A DNA stretch of 64,000 bases, taken from Eledone cirrhosa (Eukaryota). Within the stretch, counting starts at the first letter, position 1, and each line of letters starts with the position of its first letter. A program made the translations under genes and the position numbers. Location: NCBI GenBank assembly GCA_964016885.1, contig OZ024740.1:137392001-137456000 (forward strand). The letters are read 5' to 3'. Under the pieces are notes generated by a model. The model worked only from the letters and a program-made list of their open reading frames with translations. It did no database searches and had not been told where the DNA came from. Positions 14,801 through 29,300 of the stretch are shown here, piece after piece.

Positions 14801-17800
14801 CCCCCAATCTCCAATTCTCTCATTCTCTTCACACTTTTCCCCCAATCTCCAATTCTCTCTTTCTCTTCTCACTTTTCTCTCAATCTCCAATTCTCTCTTT
14901 CTCTTATCACTTTTCTCTCAATCTCCAATTCTCTCTTTCTCTTATCACTTTTCTCTCAATCTCCAACTCTCTCTTTCTCTTATCCCTTTTCTCTCAATCT
15001 CCAATTCTCTCTTTCTCTTCTCACTTTTCTCTCAATCTCCAATCCTCTCTTTCTGTTCTCAGTTTTCCCCCATTCTCCAATTCTCTATTTCTCTTAGCAC
15101 TTTTCTCTCAATCCCCCATTCTCTCTCTCTCTTATCACTTTTCTCTCAATCTCCAATTCTCTCTTTCTCTTATCACTTTTCTCTCAAACTCCAATTCTCT
15201 CTTTCTCTCATCACATTTCTCTCAATCTCCAATTCTCTCTTTCTCTTATCAGTTTTCTCTCAATCTGCAATTCTCTATTTCTCTTATCACTTTTCTCTCA
15301 ATCTCCAATTCTCTCTTTCTCTTCTCACTTTTCCCCTAATCTCCAATTCTCTCTTTCTCTCATCACTTTTCTCTCAATATCCAATTCTCTCTTTCTCTTA
15401 TCACTTTTCTCTCAATCTCCAATTCTCTCTTTCTGTTATCACTTTTCTCTGAATCTCCAATTCTCTCTTTCTCTTATCCATTTTCTCTCAATCTGCAATT
15501 CTCTCTTTCTTTTCTCACTTTTCCCCTAATCTCCAATTCTCTCTTTCTCTTATCACTTTTCTCTCAATCTCCAATTCTCACTTTCTCTAATCACTTTTCT
15601 CTCAATCTCCAATTCTCTCTTTCTCTTATCACTTATCTCTCAATTTCCAATTCTCTCTTTCTCTTATCCATTTTCTCTCAATCTGCAATTCTCTCTTTCT
15701 TTTCTCACTTTTCCCCCAATCTCCAATTCTCTCTTTCTCTTCTCACTTTTCTCTCAAACTCCAATTCTCTCTTCTCTTATCACTTTTCTTTCAATCACCA
15801 ATTCTCTCTTTCTCTTATCACTTTTCTCTCAATCTCCAATTCTCTCTTTCTCTCATCACTTTTCTCTCAATCTCCAATTCTCTCTTTCTCTTATCACTTT
15901 TCTCTCAATCTCCAACTCTCTCTTTCTCTTATCCCTTTTCTCTCAATCTCCAATTCTCTCTTTCTCTTATCCATTTTCTCTCAATCTGCAATTCTCTCTT
16001 TCTTTTCTCACTTTTCCCCCAATCTCCAATTCTCTCTTTCTCTTCACACTTTTCCCCCAATCTCCAATTCTCTCTTTCTCTTATCACTTTTCTCTCAATC
16101 TCCAATTTTCTCTTTCTCTTTATCACTTTTCTCTCAATCTCCAATCTCTCTTTCTCATATCACTTTTCTCTCAATCTCCAATCCTCTCTTTCTGTTCTCA
16201 GTTTTCCCCCAATCTCCAATTCTCTATTTCTCTTAGCACTTTTCTCTCAATCCTCCATTCTCTCTTTCTCTTATCACTTTTCTCTCAATCTCCAATTCTC
16301 TCTTTCTCTTATCACTTTTCTCTCAATCTCCAATTCTCTCTTTCTCTTATCAGTTTTCTCTCAATCTGCAATTCTCTCTTTCTCTTATCACTTTTCTCTC
16401 AATCTCCAATTCTCTCTATCTCTTCTCACTTTTCCCCTAATCTCCAATTCTCTCTTTCTCTTATCACTTTTCTCTCAATCACCAATTCTCTCTTTCTCTT
16501 ATCACTTTTCTCCCAATCTCCAATTCTCTCTTTCTCTTATCACTTTTCTCTCAATCTCCAATTCTCTCTTTCTCTTATCACTTGTCCCCCAATCTACAAT
16601 TCTCTCTTTCTCTTATCACTTTTCTCTCAATCTCCAATTCTCTCTTTCTCTTATCACTTTTCCCATAATCTCCAATTCTCTCTTTCTCTTATCACTTTTA
16701 TGCCAATCTCCAATTGTCTCTTTCTCTTATCACTTTTCTCTCAATCTCCAATTCTCTCTTTCTCTTATCACTTTTCTCTCAATCTCCAATTCTCTCTTTC
16801 TCTTATCACTTTTCTCTCAATCTCTAATTCTCTCTTTCTCTTATCACTTTTCTCTCAATCTCCAATTCTCTCTTTCTCTTATCACTTTTCTCTCAATATC
16901 CAATTCTCTCTTTCTCTCATCACTTTTCTCTCAATCTCCAATTCTCTCTTTCTCTTATCCATTTTCTCTCAATCTGCAATTCTCTCTTTCTTTTCTCACT
17001 TTTCCCCCAATCTCCAATTCTCTCTTTCTCTTTACACTCTTCCCCCAATCTCCAATTCTCTCTTTCTCTTATCACTTTTCTCTCAATCTGCAATTCTCTC
17101 TTTCTCTTATTACTTTTCTCTCAATCTCCAATCTCTCTTTCTCATATCACTTTTCTCTCAAACTCCAATTCTCTCTTTCTCTCATCACTTTTCTCTCAAT
17201 CTCCAATTCTCTCTTTCTCTTATCACTTTTCTCTCAATTTCCAACTCTCTCTTTCTCTTATCCCTATTGTCTCAATCTCCAATTCTCTCTTTCTCTTCTC
17301 ACTTTTCTCTCAATCTCCAATCCTCTCAATCTGTTCTCAGTTTTCCCCCAATCTCCAATTCTCTATTTCTCTTAGTACTTTTCTTTCAATCCCCCATTCT
17401 CTCTCTCTCTTATCACTTTTCTCTCAATCTCCAATTCTCTCTTTCTCTTATCACTTTTCTCTCAATCTCCAATTCTCTCTTTCTCTTATCACTTTTCTCT
17501 CAATCTCCAATTCTCTCTTTCTCTTATTAGTTTTCTCTCAATCTCCAATTCTCTCTTTCTCTTATCACTTTTATCTCAATCTCCAATTCTCTCTTTCTCT
17601 TATCACTTTTCTCTCAATCTCCAATTCTCTCTATCTATTATCACTTGTTCCCCAATCTACAATTCTGTCTTTCTCTTATCACTTTTCTCGCAATCTCCAA
17701 TTCTCTCTTTCTCTTATCACTTTTCCCCCAATCTCTAATTCTCTCTTTCTCTTATCACTTTTCTCTCAATCTCCAATTCTCTCTTTCTCTTATCACTTTT

Positions 17801-20800
17801 CCCATAATCTCCAATTCTCTCTTTCTCTTATCACTTTTCTCTCAATCTCCACTTCTCTCTTTCTCTTATCACTTTTCTGCCAATCTCCAATTCTCTCTTT
17901 CTCTTATCACTTTTCTCTCAATCTCCAATTCTCTCTTTCTCTTATCACTTTTCTCTCAATCTCCAATTCTCTCTTTCTCTTATCACTGTTCTCTCAATCT
18001 CTAATTCTCTCTTTCTCTTATCACTTTTCTCTCAATCTCCAATTCTCTCTTTCTCTTATCACTTTTCTCTCAATCAACAATTCTCTCTTTCTCTTATCAC
18101 TTTTCCCCCAATCTCCAATTCTCTCTTTCTCTTATCACTTTTCTCTAAATCTCCAATTCTCTCTTTCTCTTCTCACTTTTCTCTCAATCTCCAATCCTCT
18201 CTTTCTGTTCTCAGTTTTCCCCCAATCTCCAATTCTCTATTTCTCTTAGCACTTTTCTCTCAATCCTCCATTCTCTCTCTCTCTTATCACTTTTCTCTCA
18301 ATCTCCAATTCTCTCTTTCTCTTATCACTTTTCTCTCAATCTCCAATTCTCTCTTTCTCTTATCAGTTTTCTCTCAATCTGCAATTCTCTCTTTCTCTTA
18401 TCACTTTTCTCTCAATCTCCAATTCTCTCTATCTCTTCTCACTTTTCCCCTAATCTCCAATTCTCTCTTTCTCTTATCACTTTTCTCCCAATCTCCAATT
18501 CTCTCTTTCTCTTATCACTTTTCTCTCAATCTCCAATTCTCTCTTTCTCTTATCACTTGTCCCCCAATCTACAATTCTCTCTTTCTCTTATCACTTTTCT
18601 CTCAATCTCCAATTCTCTCTTTCTCTTATCACTTTTCCCATAATCTCCAATTCTCTCTTTCTCTTATCACTTTTATGCCAATCTCCAATTGTCTCTTTCT
18701 CTTATCACTTTTCTCTCAATCTCCAATTCTCTCTTTCTCTTATCACTTTTCTCTCAATCTCCAATTCTCTCTTTCTCTTATCACTTTTCTCTCAATCTCT
18801 AATTCCCTCTTTCTCTTATCACTTTTCTCTCAATCTCCAATTCTCTCTTTCTCTTATCACTTTTCTCTCAATCTGCAATTCTCTCTTTCTCTTATCACTT
18901 TTATCTCAATCTCCAATTCTCTCTTTCTCTTCTCACTTTTCCCCTAATCTCCAATTCTCTCTTTCTCTTATCACTTTTCTCTCAATATCCAATTCTCTCT
19001 TTCTCTCATCACTTTTCTCTCAATCTCCAATTCTCTCTTTCTCTTATCCATTTTCTCTCAATCTGCAATTCTCTCTTTCTTTTCTCACTTTTCCCCCAAT
19101 CTCCAATTCTCTCTTTCTCTTTACACTCTTCCCCCAATCTCCAATTCTCTCTTTCTCTTATCACTTTTCTCTCAATCTGCAATTCTCTCTTTCTCTTATT
19201 ACTTTTCTCTCAATCTCCAATCTCTCTTTCTCATATCACTTTTCTCTCAAACTCCAATTCTCTCTTTCTCTCATCACTTTTCTCTCAATCTCCAATTCTC
19301 TCTTTCTCTTATCACTTTTCTCTCAATTTCCAACTCTCTCTTTCTCTTATCCCTATTGTCTCAATCTCCAATTCTCTCTTTCTCTTCTCACTTTTCTCTC
19401 AATCTCCAATCCTCTCAATCTGTTCTCAGTTTTCCCCCAATCTCCAATTCTCTATTTCTCTTAGTACTTTTCTTTCAATCCCCCATTCTCTCTTTCTCTT
19501 ATCACTTTTCTCTCAATCTCCAATTCTCTCTTTCTCTTATCACTTTTCTCTCAATCTCCAATTCTCTCTTTCTCTAATCACTTTTCTCTCAATCTCCAAT
19601 TCTCTCTTTCTCTTATTAGTTTTCTCTCAATCTCCAATTCTCTCTTTCTCTTATCACTTTTATCTCAATCTCCAATTCTCTCTTTCTCTTATCACTTTTC
19701 TCTCAATCTCCAATTCTCTCTATCTATTATCACTTGTTCCCCAATCTACAATTCTGTCTTTCTCTTATCACTTTTCTCTCAATCTCCAATTCTCTCTTTC
19801 TCTTATCACTTTTCCCCCAATCTCTAATTCTCTCTTTCTCTTATCACTTTTCTCTCAATCTCCAATTCTCTCTTTCTCTTATCACTTTTCCCATAATCTC
19901 CAATTCTCTCTTTCTCTTATCACTTTTCTCTCAATCTCCACTTCTCTCTTTCTCTTATCACTTTTCTGCCAATCTCCAATTCTCTCTTTCTCTTATCACT
20001 TTTCTCTCAATCTCCAATTCTCTCTTTCTCTTATCACTTTTCTCTCAATCTCCAATTCTCTCTTTCTCTTATCACTGTTCTCTCAATCTCTAATTCTCTC
20101 TTTCTCTTATCACTTTTCTCTCAATCTCCAATTCTCTCTTTCTCTTATCACTTTTCTCTCAATCAACAATTCTCTCTTTCTCTTATCACTTTTCCCCCAA
20201 TCTCCAATTCTCTCTTTCTCTTATCACTTTTCTCTAAATCTCCAATTCTCTCTTTCTCTTCTCACTTTTCCCCTAATCTCCAATTCTCTCTTTCTCTTAT
20301 CACTTTTCTCTCAATCTCCAATTCTCTCTTTCTCTAATCACTTATCTCTCAATCTCCAATTCTCTCTTTCTCTTATCACTTATCTCTCAATTTCCAATTC
20401 TCTCTTTCTCTTATCCATTTTCTCTCAATCTGCAATTCTCTCTTTCTTTTCTCACTTTTCCCCCAATCTCCAATTCTCTCTTTCTCTTCTCACTTTTCTC
20501 TCAAACTCCAATTCTCTCTTCTCTTATCACTTTTCTTTCAATCACCAATTCTCTCTTTCTCTTATCACTTTTCTCTCAATCTCCAATTCTCTCTTTCTCT
20601 CATCACTTTTCTCTCAATCTCCAATTCTCTCTTTCTCTTATCACTTTTCTCTCAATCTCCAACTCTCTCTTTCTCTTATCCCTTTTCTCTCAATCTCCAA
20701 TTCTCTCTTTCTCTTCTCACTTTTCTCTCAATCTCCAATCCTCTCTTTCTGTTCTCAGTTTTCCCCCAATCTCCAATTCTCTCTTTCTCTTCTCACTTTT

Positions 20801-21844
20801 CTCTCAAACTCCAATTCTCTCTTCTCTTAGCACTTTTCTCTCAATCCTCCATTCTCTCTCTCTCTTATCACTTTTCTCTCAATCTCCAATTCTCTCTTTC
20901 TGTTATCACTTTTCTCTCAATCTCCAATTCTCTCTTTCTCTTATCAGTTTTCTCTCAATCTGCAATTCTCTCTTTCTCTTATCACTTTTCTCTCAATCTC
21001 CAATTCTCTCTTTCTCTTCTCACTTTTCCCCTAATCTCCAATTCTCTCTTTCTCTTATCACTTTTCTCTAAATCTCCAATTCTCTCTTTCTCTTATCACT
21101 TTTCTCTCAATCTCCAATTCTCCCTTTCTCTTATCACTTTTCTCTCAATCTCCAATTCTCTCTTTCTCTTATCTATTTTCTCTCAATCTGCAATTCTCTC
21201 TTTCTTTTCTCACTTTTCCCCCAATCTCCAATTCTCTCTTTCTCTTCACACTTTTCCCCCAATCTCCAATTCTCTCTTTCTCTTCACACTTTTCCCCCAA
21301 TCTCCAATTCTCTCTTTCTCTTCTCACTTTTCTCTCAATCTCCAATACTCTCTTTCTCTTATCACTTTTCTCTCAATCTCCAATCCTCTCTTTCTCTTAT
21401 CACTTTTCTCTCAATCACTTTTCTCTCAATCTCCAATTCTCTCTTTCTCTTATCACTTTTCTCTCAATCACCAATTCTCTCTTTCTCTTATCACTTTTCT
21501 CTCAATCTCCAATTCTCTCTTTCTCTTATTAGTTTTCTCTCAATCTCCAATTCTCTCTTTCTCTTATCACTTTTATCTCAATCTCCAATTCTCTCTTTCT
21601 CTTATCACTTTTCTCTCAATCTCCAATTCTCTCTTTCTCTTATCATTTGTTCTCCAATCTACAATTCTCTCTTTCTCTTATTACTTTTCTCTCAATCTCC
21701 AATTCTCTCTTTCTCTTATCACTTTTCCCCCAATCTCTAATTCTCTCTTTCGCTTATCACTTTTCTCTCAATCTCCAATTCTCTCTTTCTCTTATCACTT
21801 TTCCCATAATCTCCAATTCTCTCTTTCTCTTATCACTTTTCTCT
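11851..21844 (+). repeat. Large segmental duplication, copy 2 (carries an extra 190 bp at about 15969-16160)
   Basis: Same order of private variants as 1-9804. The single-base differences I noticed are 850 G versus 12700 C and 8304 T versus 20344 A. Confidence 0.93.
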
Positions 21845-23350
21845 CAATCTCCAATTCTCTCTTTCTCTTATCACTTTTCTCTCAATCAACAATTCTCTCT
21901 TTCTGTTATCACTTTTCCCCCAATCTCCAATTCTCTCTTTCTCTTATCACTTTTCTCTAAATCTCCAATTCTCTCTTTCTCTTCTCACTTTTCCCCTAAT
22001 CTCCAATTCTCTCTTTCTCTTATCACTTTTCTCTCAATCTCCAATTCTCTCTTTCTCTCATCACTTTTCTCTCAATCTCCAATTCTCTCTTTCTCTTATC
22101 CACTTTTCTCTCAATCTCCAATTCTCTCTTTCTCTTATCCATTTTCTCTCAATCTGCAATTCTCTCTTTCTTTTCTCACTTTTCTCCAATCTCCAATTCT
22201 CTCTTTCTCTTCACACTTTTCCCCCAATCTCCAATTCTCTCTTTCTCTTATCACTTTTCTCTCAATCTCCAATTTTCTCTTTCTCTTTATCACTTTTCAC
22301 TCAATCTCCAATCTCTCTTTCTCATATCACTTTTCTCTCAAACTCCAATTCTCTCTTTCTCCCATCATTTCTCTCTCAATCTCCAATTCTCTCTTTCTCT
22401 TATCACTCTTCTCTCAATCTCCAACTCTCTCTTTCTCTTATCCCTTTTCTCTCAATCTCCAATTCTCTCTTTCTCTTCTCACTTTTCTCTCAATCTCCAA
22501 TCCTCTCTTTCTGTTCTCAGTTTTCCCCCAATCTCCAATTTTCTCTTTCTCTTATCACTTTTCTCTCAATCTCCAATTCTCTCTTTCTCTTATCACTTTC
22601 TCTCAATCTCCAATTCTCTCTTTCTCTTATCAGTTTTCTCTCAATCTGCAATTCTCTCTTTCTCTTATCACTTTTCTCTCAATCTCCAATTCTCTCTTTC
22701 TCTTATCACTTTTCTCTCAATCTCCAATTCTCTCTTTCTCTAATCACTTTTCTCTCAATCTCCAATTCTCTCTTTCTCTTATCACTTATCTCTCAATTTC
22801 CAATTCTCTCTTTCTCTTATCCATTTTCTCTCAATCTGCAATTCTCTCTTTCTTTTCTCACTTTTCACCCAATCTCCAATTCTCTCTTTCTCTTCTCACT
22901 TTTCTCTCAAACTCCAATTCTCTCTTCTCTTATCACTTTTCTTTCAATCACCAATTCTCTCTTTCTCTTATCACTTTTCTCTAAATCTCCAATTCTCTCT
23001 TTCTCTTCTCACTTTTCCCCTAATCTCCAATTCTCTCTTTCTCTTATCACTTTTCTCTCAATCTCCAATTCTCTCTTTCTCTCATCACTTTTCTCTCAAT
23101 CTCCAATTCTCTCTTTCTCTTATCACTTTTCTCTCAATCTCCAACTCTCTCTTTCTCTTATCCCTTTTCTCTCAATCTCCAATTCTCTCTTTCTCTTCTC
23201 ACTTTTCTATCAATCTCCAATCCTCTCTTTCTGTTCTCAGTTTTCCCCCAATCTCCAATTCTCTATTTCTCTTAGCACTTTTCTCTCAATCCTCCATTCT
23301 CTCTCTCTCTTATCACTTTTCTCTCAATCTCCAATTCTCTCTTTCTCTTA

Positions 23351-26300
23351 TCACTTTTCTCTCAATCTCCAATTCTCTCTTTCTCTTATCCACTTTTCTC
23401 TCAATCTCCAATTCTCTCTTTCTCTTATCCATTTTCTCTCAATCTGCAATTCTCTCTTTCTTTTCTCACTTTTCCCCCAATCTCCAATTCTCTCTTTCTC
23501 TTCACACTTTTCCCCCAATCTCCAATTCTCTCTTTCTCTTATCACTTTTCTCTCAATCTCCAATTTTCTCTTTCTCTTTATCACTTTTCTCTCAATCTCC
23601 AATCTCTCTTTCTCATATCACTTTTCTCTCAAACTCCAATTCTCTCTTTCTCTCATCACTTTTCTCTCAAACTCCAATTCTCTCTTTCTCTTATCACTCT
23701 TCTCTCAATCTCCAATTCTCTCTTTCTCTTCTCACTTTTCTCTCAATCTCCAATCCTCTCTTTCTGTTCTCAGTTTTCCCCCAATCTCCAATTCTCTATT
23801 TCTCTTAGCACTTTTCTCTCAATCCCCCATTCTCTCTCTCTCTTTACACTTTTCTCTCAATCTCCAATTCTCTCTTTCTCTTATCACTTTTCTCTCAATC
23901 TCCAATTCTCTCTTTCTCTTATCACTTTTCTCTCAATCTCCAATTCTCTCTTTCTCTTATCAGTTTTCTCTCAATCTGCAATTCTCTCTTTCTCCTATCA
24001 CTTTTCTCTCAATCTCCAATTCTCTCTTTCTCTTCTCACTTTTCCCCTAATCTCCAATTCTCTCTTTCTCTTATCACTTTTCTCTCAATCTCCAATTCTC
24101 TCTTTCTCTTATCACTTTTCTCTCAATCTCCAATTCTCTCTTTCTCTTATCCATTTTCTCTCAATCTGCAATTCTCTCTTTCTTTTCTCACTTTTCCCCC
24201 AATCTCCAATTCTCTCTTTCTCTTCACACTTTTCCCCCAATCTCCAATTCTCTCTTTCTCTTCACACTTTTCCCCCAATCTCCAATTCTCTCTTTCTCTT
24301 CTCACTTTTCTCTCAATCTCCAATTCTCTCTTTCTCTTATCACTTTTCTCTCAATCTCCAATTCTCTCTTTCTCTTATCACTTTTCTCTCAATCTCCAAT
24401 TCTCTCTTTCTCTTATCACTTTCCTCTCAATCTCCAATTCTCTCTTTCTCTTCTCACTTTTCCCCCAATCTCCAATTCTCTCTTTCTCTTATCACTTTTC
24501 TCTCAATCTCCAATTCTCTCTTTCTCTTATCACTTTTCCCCCAATATCCACTTCTCTCTTTCTCTTATCACTTTTCTCTCAATCTCCAATTCTCTCTTTC
24601 TCATATCATTTTTCTCTCAAACTCCAATTCTCTCTTTCTCTCATCACTTTTCTCTCAATCTCCAATTCTCTCTTTCTCTTATCCATTTTCTCTCAATCTG
24701 CAATTCTCTCTTTCTTTTCTCACTTTTCCCCCAATCTCCAATTCTCTCTTTCTCTTCACACTTTTCCCCCAATCTCCAATTCTCTCTTTCTCTTATCCCT
24801 TTTCTCTCAATCTCCAATTCTCTCTTTCTCTTCTCACTTTTCTCTCAATCTCCAATCCTCTCTTTCTGTTCTCAGTTTTCCCCCAATCTCCAATTCTCTA
24901 TTTCTCTTAGCACTTTTCTCTCAATCCTCCATTCTCTCTCCCTCTTATCACTTTTCTTTCAATCTCCAATTCTCTCTTTCTCTTATCACTTTTCTCTCAA
25001 TCTCCAATTCTCTCTTTCTCTTATCAGTTTTCTCTCAATCTGCAATTCTCTCTTTCTCTTATCACTTTTCTCTCAATCTCCAATTCTCTCTTTCTCTTCT
25101 CACTTTTCCCCTAATCTCCAATTCTCTCTTTCTCTTATCACTTTTCTCTAAATCTCCAATTCTCTCTTTCTCTTATCACTTTTCTCTCAATCTCCAATTC
25201 TCCCTTTCTCTCATCACTTTTCTCTCAATCTCCAATTCTCTCTTTCTCTTATCTATTTTCTCTCAATCTGCAATTCTCTCTTTCTTTTCTCACTTTTCCC
25301 CCAATCTCCAATTCTCTCTTTCTCTTCACACTTTTCCCCCAATCTCCAATTCTCTCTTTCTCTTCACACTTTTCCCCCAATCTCCAATTCTCTCTTTCTC
25401 TTCTCACTTTTCTCTCAATCTCCAATCCTCTCTTTCTCTTATCACTTTTCTCTCAATCACTTTTCTCTCAATCTCCAATTCTCTCTTTCTCTTATCACTT
25501 TTCTCTCAATCTCCAACTCTCTCTTTCTCTTATCCCTTTTCTCTCAATCTCCAATTCTCTCTTTCTCTTCTCACTTTTCTCTCAATCTCCAATCCTCTCT
25601 TTCTGTTCTCAGTTTTCCCCCAATCTCCAATTCTCTATTTCTCTTAGCACTTTTCTCTCAATCCTCCATTCTCTCTCTCTCTTATCACTTTTCTCTCAAT
25701 CTCCAATTCTCTCTTTCTCTTATCACTTTTCTCTCAATCTCCAATTCTCTCTTTCTCTTATCCACTTTTCTCTCAATCTCCAATTCTCTCTTTCTCTTAT
25801 CCATTTTCTCTCAATCTGCAATTCTCTCTTTCTTTTCTCACTTTTCCCCCAATCTCCAATTCTCTCTTTCTCTTCACACTTTTCCCCCAATCTCCAATTC
25901 TCTCTTTCTCTTATCACTTTTCTCTCAATCTCCAATTTTCTCTTTCTCTTTATCACTTTTCTCTCAATCTCCAATCTCTCTTTCTCATATCACTTTTCTC
26001 TCAAACTCCAATTCTCTCTTTCTCTCATCACTTTTCTCTCAAACTCCAATTCTCTCTTTCTCTTATCACTCTTCTCTCAATCTCCAATTCTCTCTTTCTC
26101 TTCTCACTTTTCTCTCAATCTCCAATCCTCTCTTTCTGTTCTCAGTTTTCCCCCAATCTCCAATTCTCTATTTCTCTTAGCACTTTTCTCTCAATCCCCC
26201 ATTCTCTCTCTCTCTTTACACTTTTCTCTCAATCTCCAATTCTCTCTTTCTCTTATCACTTTTCTCTCAATCTCCAATTCTCTCTTTCTCTAATCACTTT

Positions 26301-29300
26301 TCTCTCAATCTCCAATTCTCTCTTTCTCTTATCACTTATCTCTCAATTTCCAATTCTCTCTTTCTCTTATCCATTTTCTCTCAATCTGCAATTCTCTCTT
26401 TCTTTTCTCACTTTTCACCCAATCTCCAATTCTCTCTTTCTCTTCTCACTTTTCTCTCAAACTCCAATTCTCTCTTCTCTTATCACTTTTCTTTCAATCA
26501 CCAATTCTCTCTTTCTCTTATCACTTTTCTCTAAATCTCCAATTCTCTCTTTCTCTTCTCACTTTTCCCCTAATCTCCAATTCTCTCTTTCTCTTATCAC
26601 TTTTCTCTCAATCTCCAATTCTCTCTTTCTCTCATCACTTTTCTCTCAATCTCCAATTCTCTCTTTCTCTTATCACTTTTCTCTCAATCTCCAACTCTCT
26701 CTTTCTCTTATCCCTTTTCTCTCAATCTCCAATTCTCTCTTTCTCTTCTCACTTTTCTCTCAATCTCCAATCCTCTCTTTCTGTTCTCAGTTTTCCCCCA
26801 ATCTCCAATTCTCTATTTCTCTTAGCACTTTTCTCTCAATCCTCCATTCTCTCTCTCTCTTATCACTTTTCTCTCAATCTCCAATTCTCTCTTTCTCTTA
26901 TCACTTTTCTTTCAATCTCCAATTCTCTCTTTCTCTTATCCACTTTTCTCTCAATCTCCAATTCTCTCTTTCTCTTATCCATTTTCTCTCAATCTGCAAT
27001 TCTCTCTTTCTTTTCTCACTTTTCCCCCAATCTCCAATTCTCTCTTTCTCTTCACACTTTTCCCCCAATCTCCAATTCTCTCTTTCTCTCATCACTTTTC
27101 TCTCAAACACCAATTCTCTCTTTCTCTTATCACTCTTCTCTCAATCTCCAATTCTCTCTTTCTCTTCTCACTTTTCTCTCAATCTCCAATCCTCTCTTTC
27201 TGTTCTCAGTTTTCCCCCAATCTCCAATTCTCTATTTCTCTTAGCACTTTTCTCTCAATCCCCCATTCTCTCTCTCTCTTTACACTTTTCTCTCAATCTC
27301 CAATTCTCTCTTTCTCTTATCACTTTTCTCTCAATCTCCAATTCTCTCTTTCTCTTATCACTTTTCTCTCAATCTCCAATTCTCTCTTTCTCTTATCAGT
27401 TTTCTCTCAATCTGCAATTCTCTCTTTCTCCTATCACTTTTCTCTCAATCTCCAATTCTCTCTTTCTCTTCTCACTTTTCCCCTAATCTCCAATTCTCTC
27501 TTTCTCTTATCACTTTTCTCTCAATCTCCAATTCTCTCTTTCTCTTATCACTTTTCTCTCAATCTCCAATTCTCTCTTTCTCTTATCCATTTTCTCTCAA
27601 TCTGCAATTCTCTCTTTCTTTTCTCACTTTTCCCCCAATCTCCAATTCTCTCTTTCTCTTCACACTTTTCCCCCAATCTCCAATTCTCTCTTTCTCTTCA
27701 CACTTTTCCCCCAATCTCCAATTCTCTCTTTCTCTTCTCACTTTTCTCTCAATCTCCAATTCTCTCTTTCTCTTATCACTTTTCTCTCAATCTCCAATTC
27801 TCTCTTTCTCTTATCACTTTTCTCTCAATCTCCAATTCTCTCTTTCTCTTATCACTTTCCTCTCAATCTCCAATTCTCTCTTTCTCTTCTCACTTTTCCC
27901 CCAATCTCCAATTCTCTCTTTCTCTTATCACTTTTCTCTCAATCTCCAATTCTCTCTTTCTCTTATCACTTTTCCCCCAATATCCACTTCTCTCTTTCTC
28001 TTATCACTTTTCTCTCAATCTCCAATTCTCTCTTTCTCATATCACTTTTCTCTCAAACTCCAATTCTCTCTTTCTCTCATCACTTTTCTCTCAATCTCCA
28101 ATTCTCTCTTTCTCTTATCCATTTTCTCTCAATCTGCAATTCTCTCTTTCTTTTCTCACTTTTCCCCCAATCTCCAATTCTCTCTTTCTCTTCACACTTT
28201 TCCCCCAATCTCCAATTCTCTCTTTCTCTTATCCCTTTTCTCTCAATCTCCAATTCTCTCTTTCTCTTCTCACTTTTCTCTCAATCTCCAATCCTCTCTT
28301 TCTGTTCTCAGTTTTCCCCCAATCTCCAATTCTCTATTTCTCTTAGCACTTTTCTCTCAATCCTCCATTCTCTCTCCCTCTTATCACTTTTCTCTCAATC
28401 TCCAATTCTCTCTTTCTCTTATCACTTTTCTCTCAATCTCCAATTCTCTCTTTCTCTTATCAGTTTTCTCTCAATCTGCAATTCTCTCTTTCTCTTATCA
28501 CTTTTCTCTCAATCTCCAATTCTCTCTTTCTCTTCTCACTTTTCCCCTAATCTCCAATTCTCTCTTTCTCTTATCACTTTTCTCTAAATCTCCAATTCTC
28601 TCTTTCTCTTATCACTTTTCTCTCAATCTCCAATTCTCCCTTTCTCTCATCACTTTTCTCTCAATCTCCAATTCTCTCTTTCTCTTATCTATTTTCTCTC
28701 AATCTGCAATTCTCTCTTTCTTTTCTCACTTTTCCCCCAATCTCCAATTCTCTCTTTCTCTTCACACTTTTCCCCCAATCTCCAATTCTCTCTTTCTCTT
28801 CACACTTTTCCCCCAATCTCCAATTCTCTCTTTCTCTTCTCACTTTTCTCTCAATCTCCAATTCTCTCTTTCTCTTATCACTTTTCTCTCAATCACTTTT
28901 CTCTCAATCTCCAATTCTCTCTTTCTCTTATCACTTTTCTCTCAATCTCCAACTCTCTCTTTCTCTTATCCCTTTTCTCTCAATCTCCAATTCTCTCTTT
29001 CTCTTCTCACTTTTCTCTCAATCTCCAATCCTCTCTTTCTGTTCTTAGTTTTCCCCCAATCTCCAATTCTCTATTTCTCTTAGCACTTTTCTCTCAATCC
29101 TCCATTCTCTCTCTCTCTTATCACTTTTCTCTCAATCTCCAATTCTCTCTTTCTCTTATCACTTTTCTCTCAATCTCCAATTCTCTCTTTCTCTTATCCA
29201 CTTTTCTCTCAATCTCCAATTCTCTCTTTCTCTTATCCATTTTCTCTCAATCTGCAATTCTCTCTTTCTTTTCTCACTTTTCCCCCAATCTCCAATTCTC

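Noticed and set aside
16101-16160. Adjacent +1 and -1 indel monomers suggesting selection to keep the 38-bp phase
   Set aside because: The -1 variant also occurs without the +1 (e.g. about 5090 and 7180), and uncompensated 37-, 39- and 15-bp monomers are common. The pair is simply co-inherited in one cassette.
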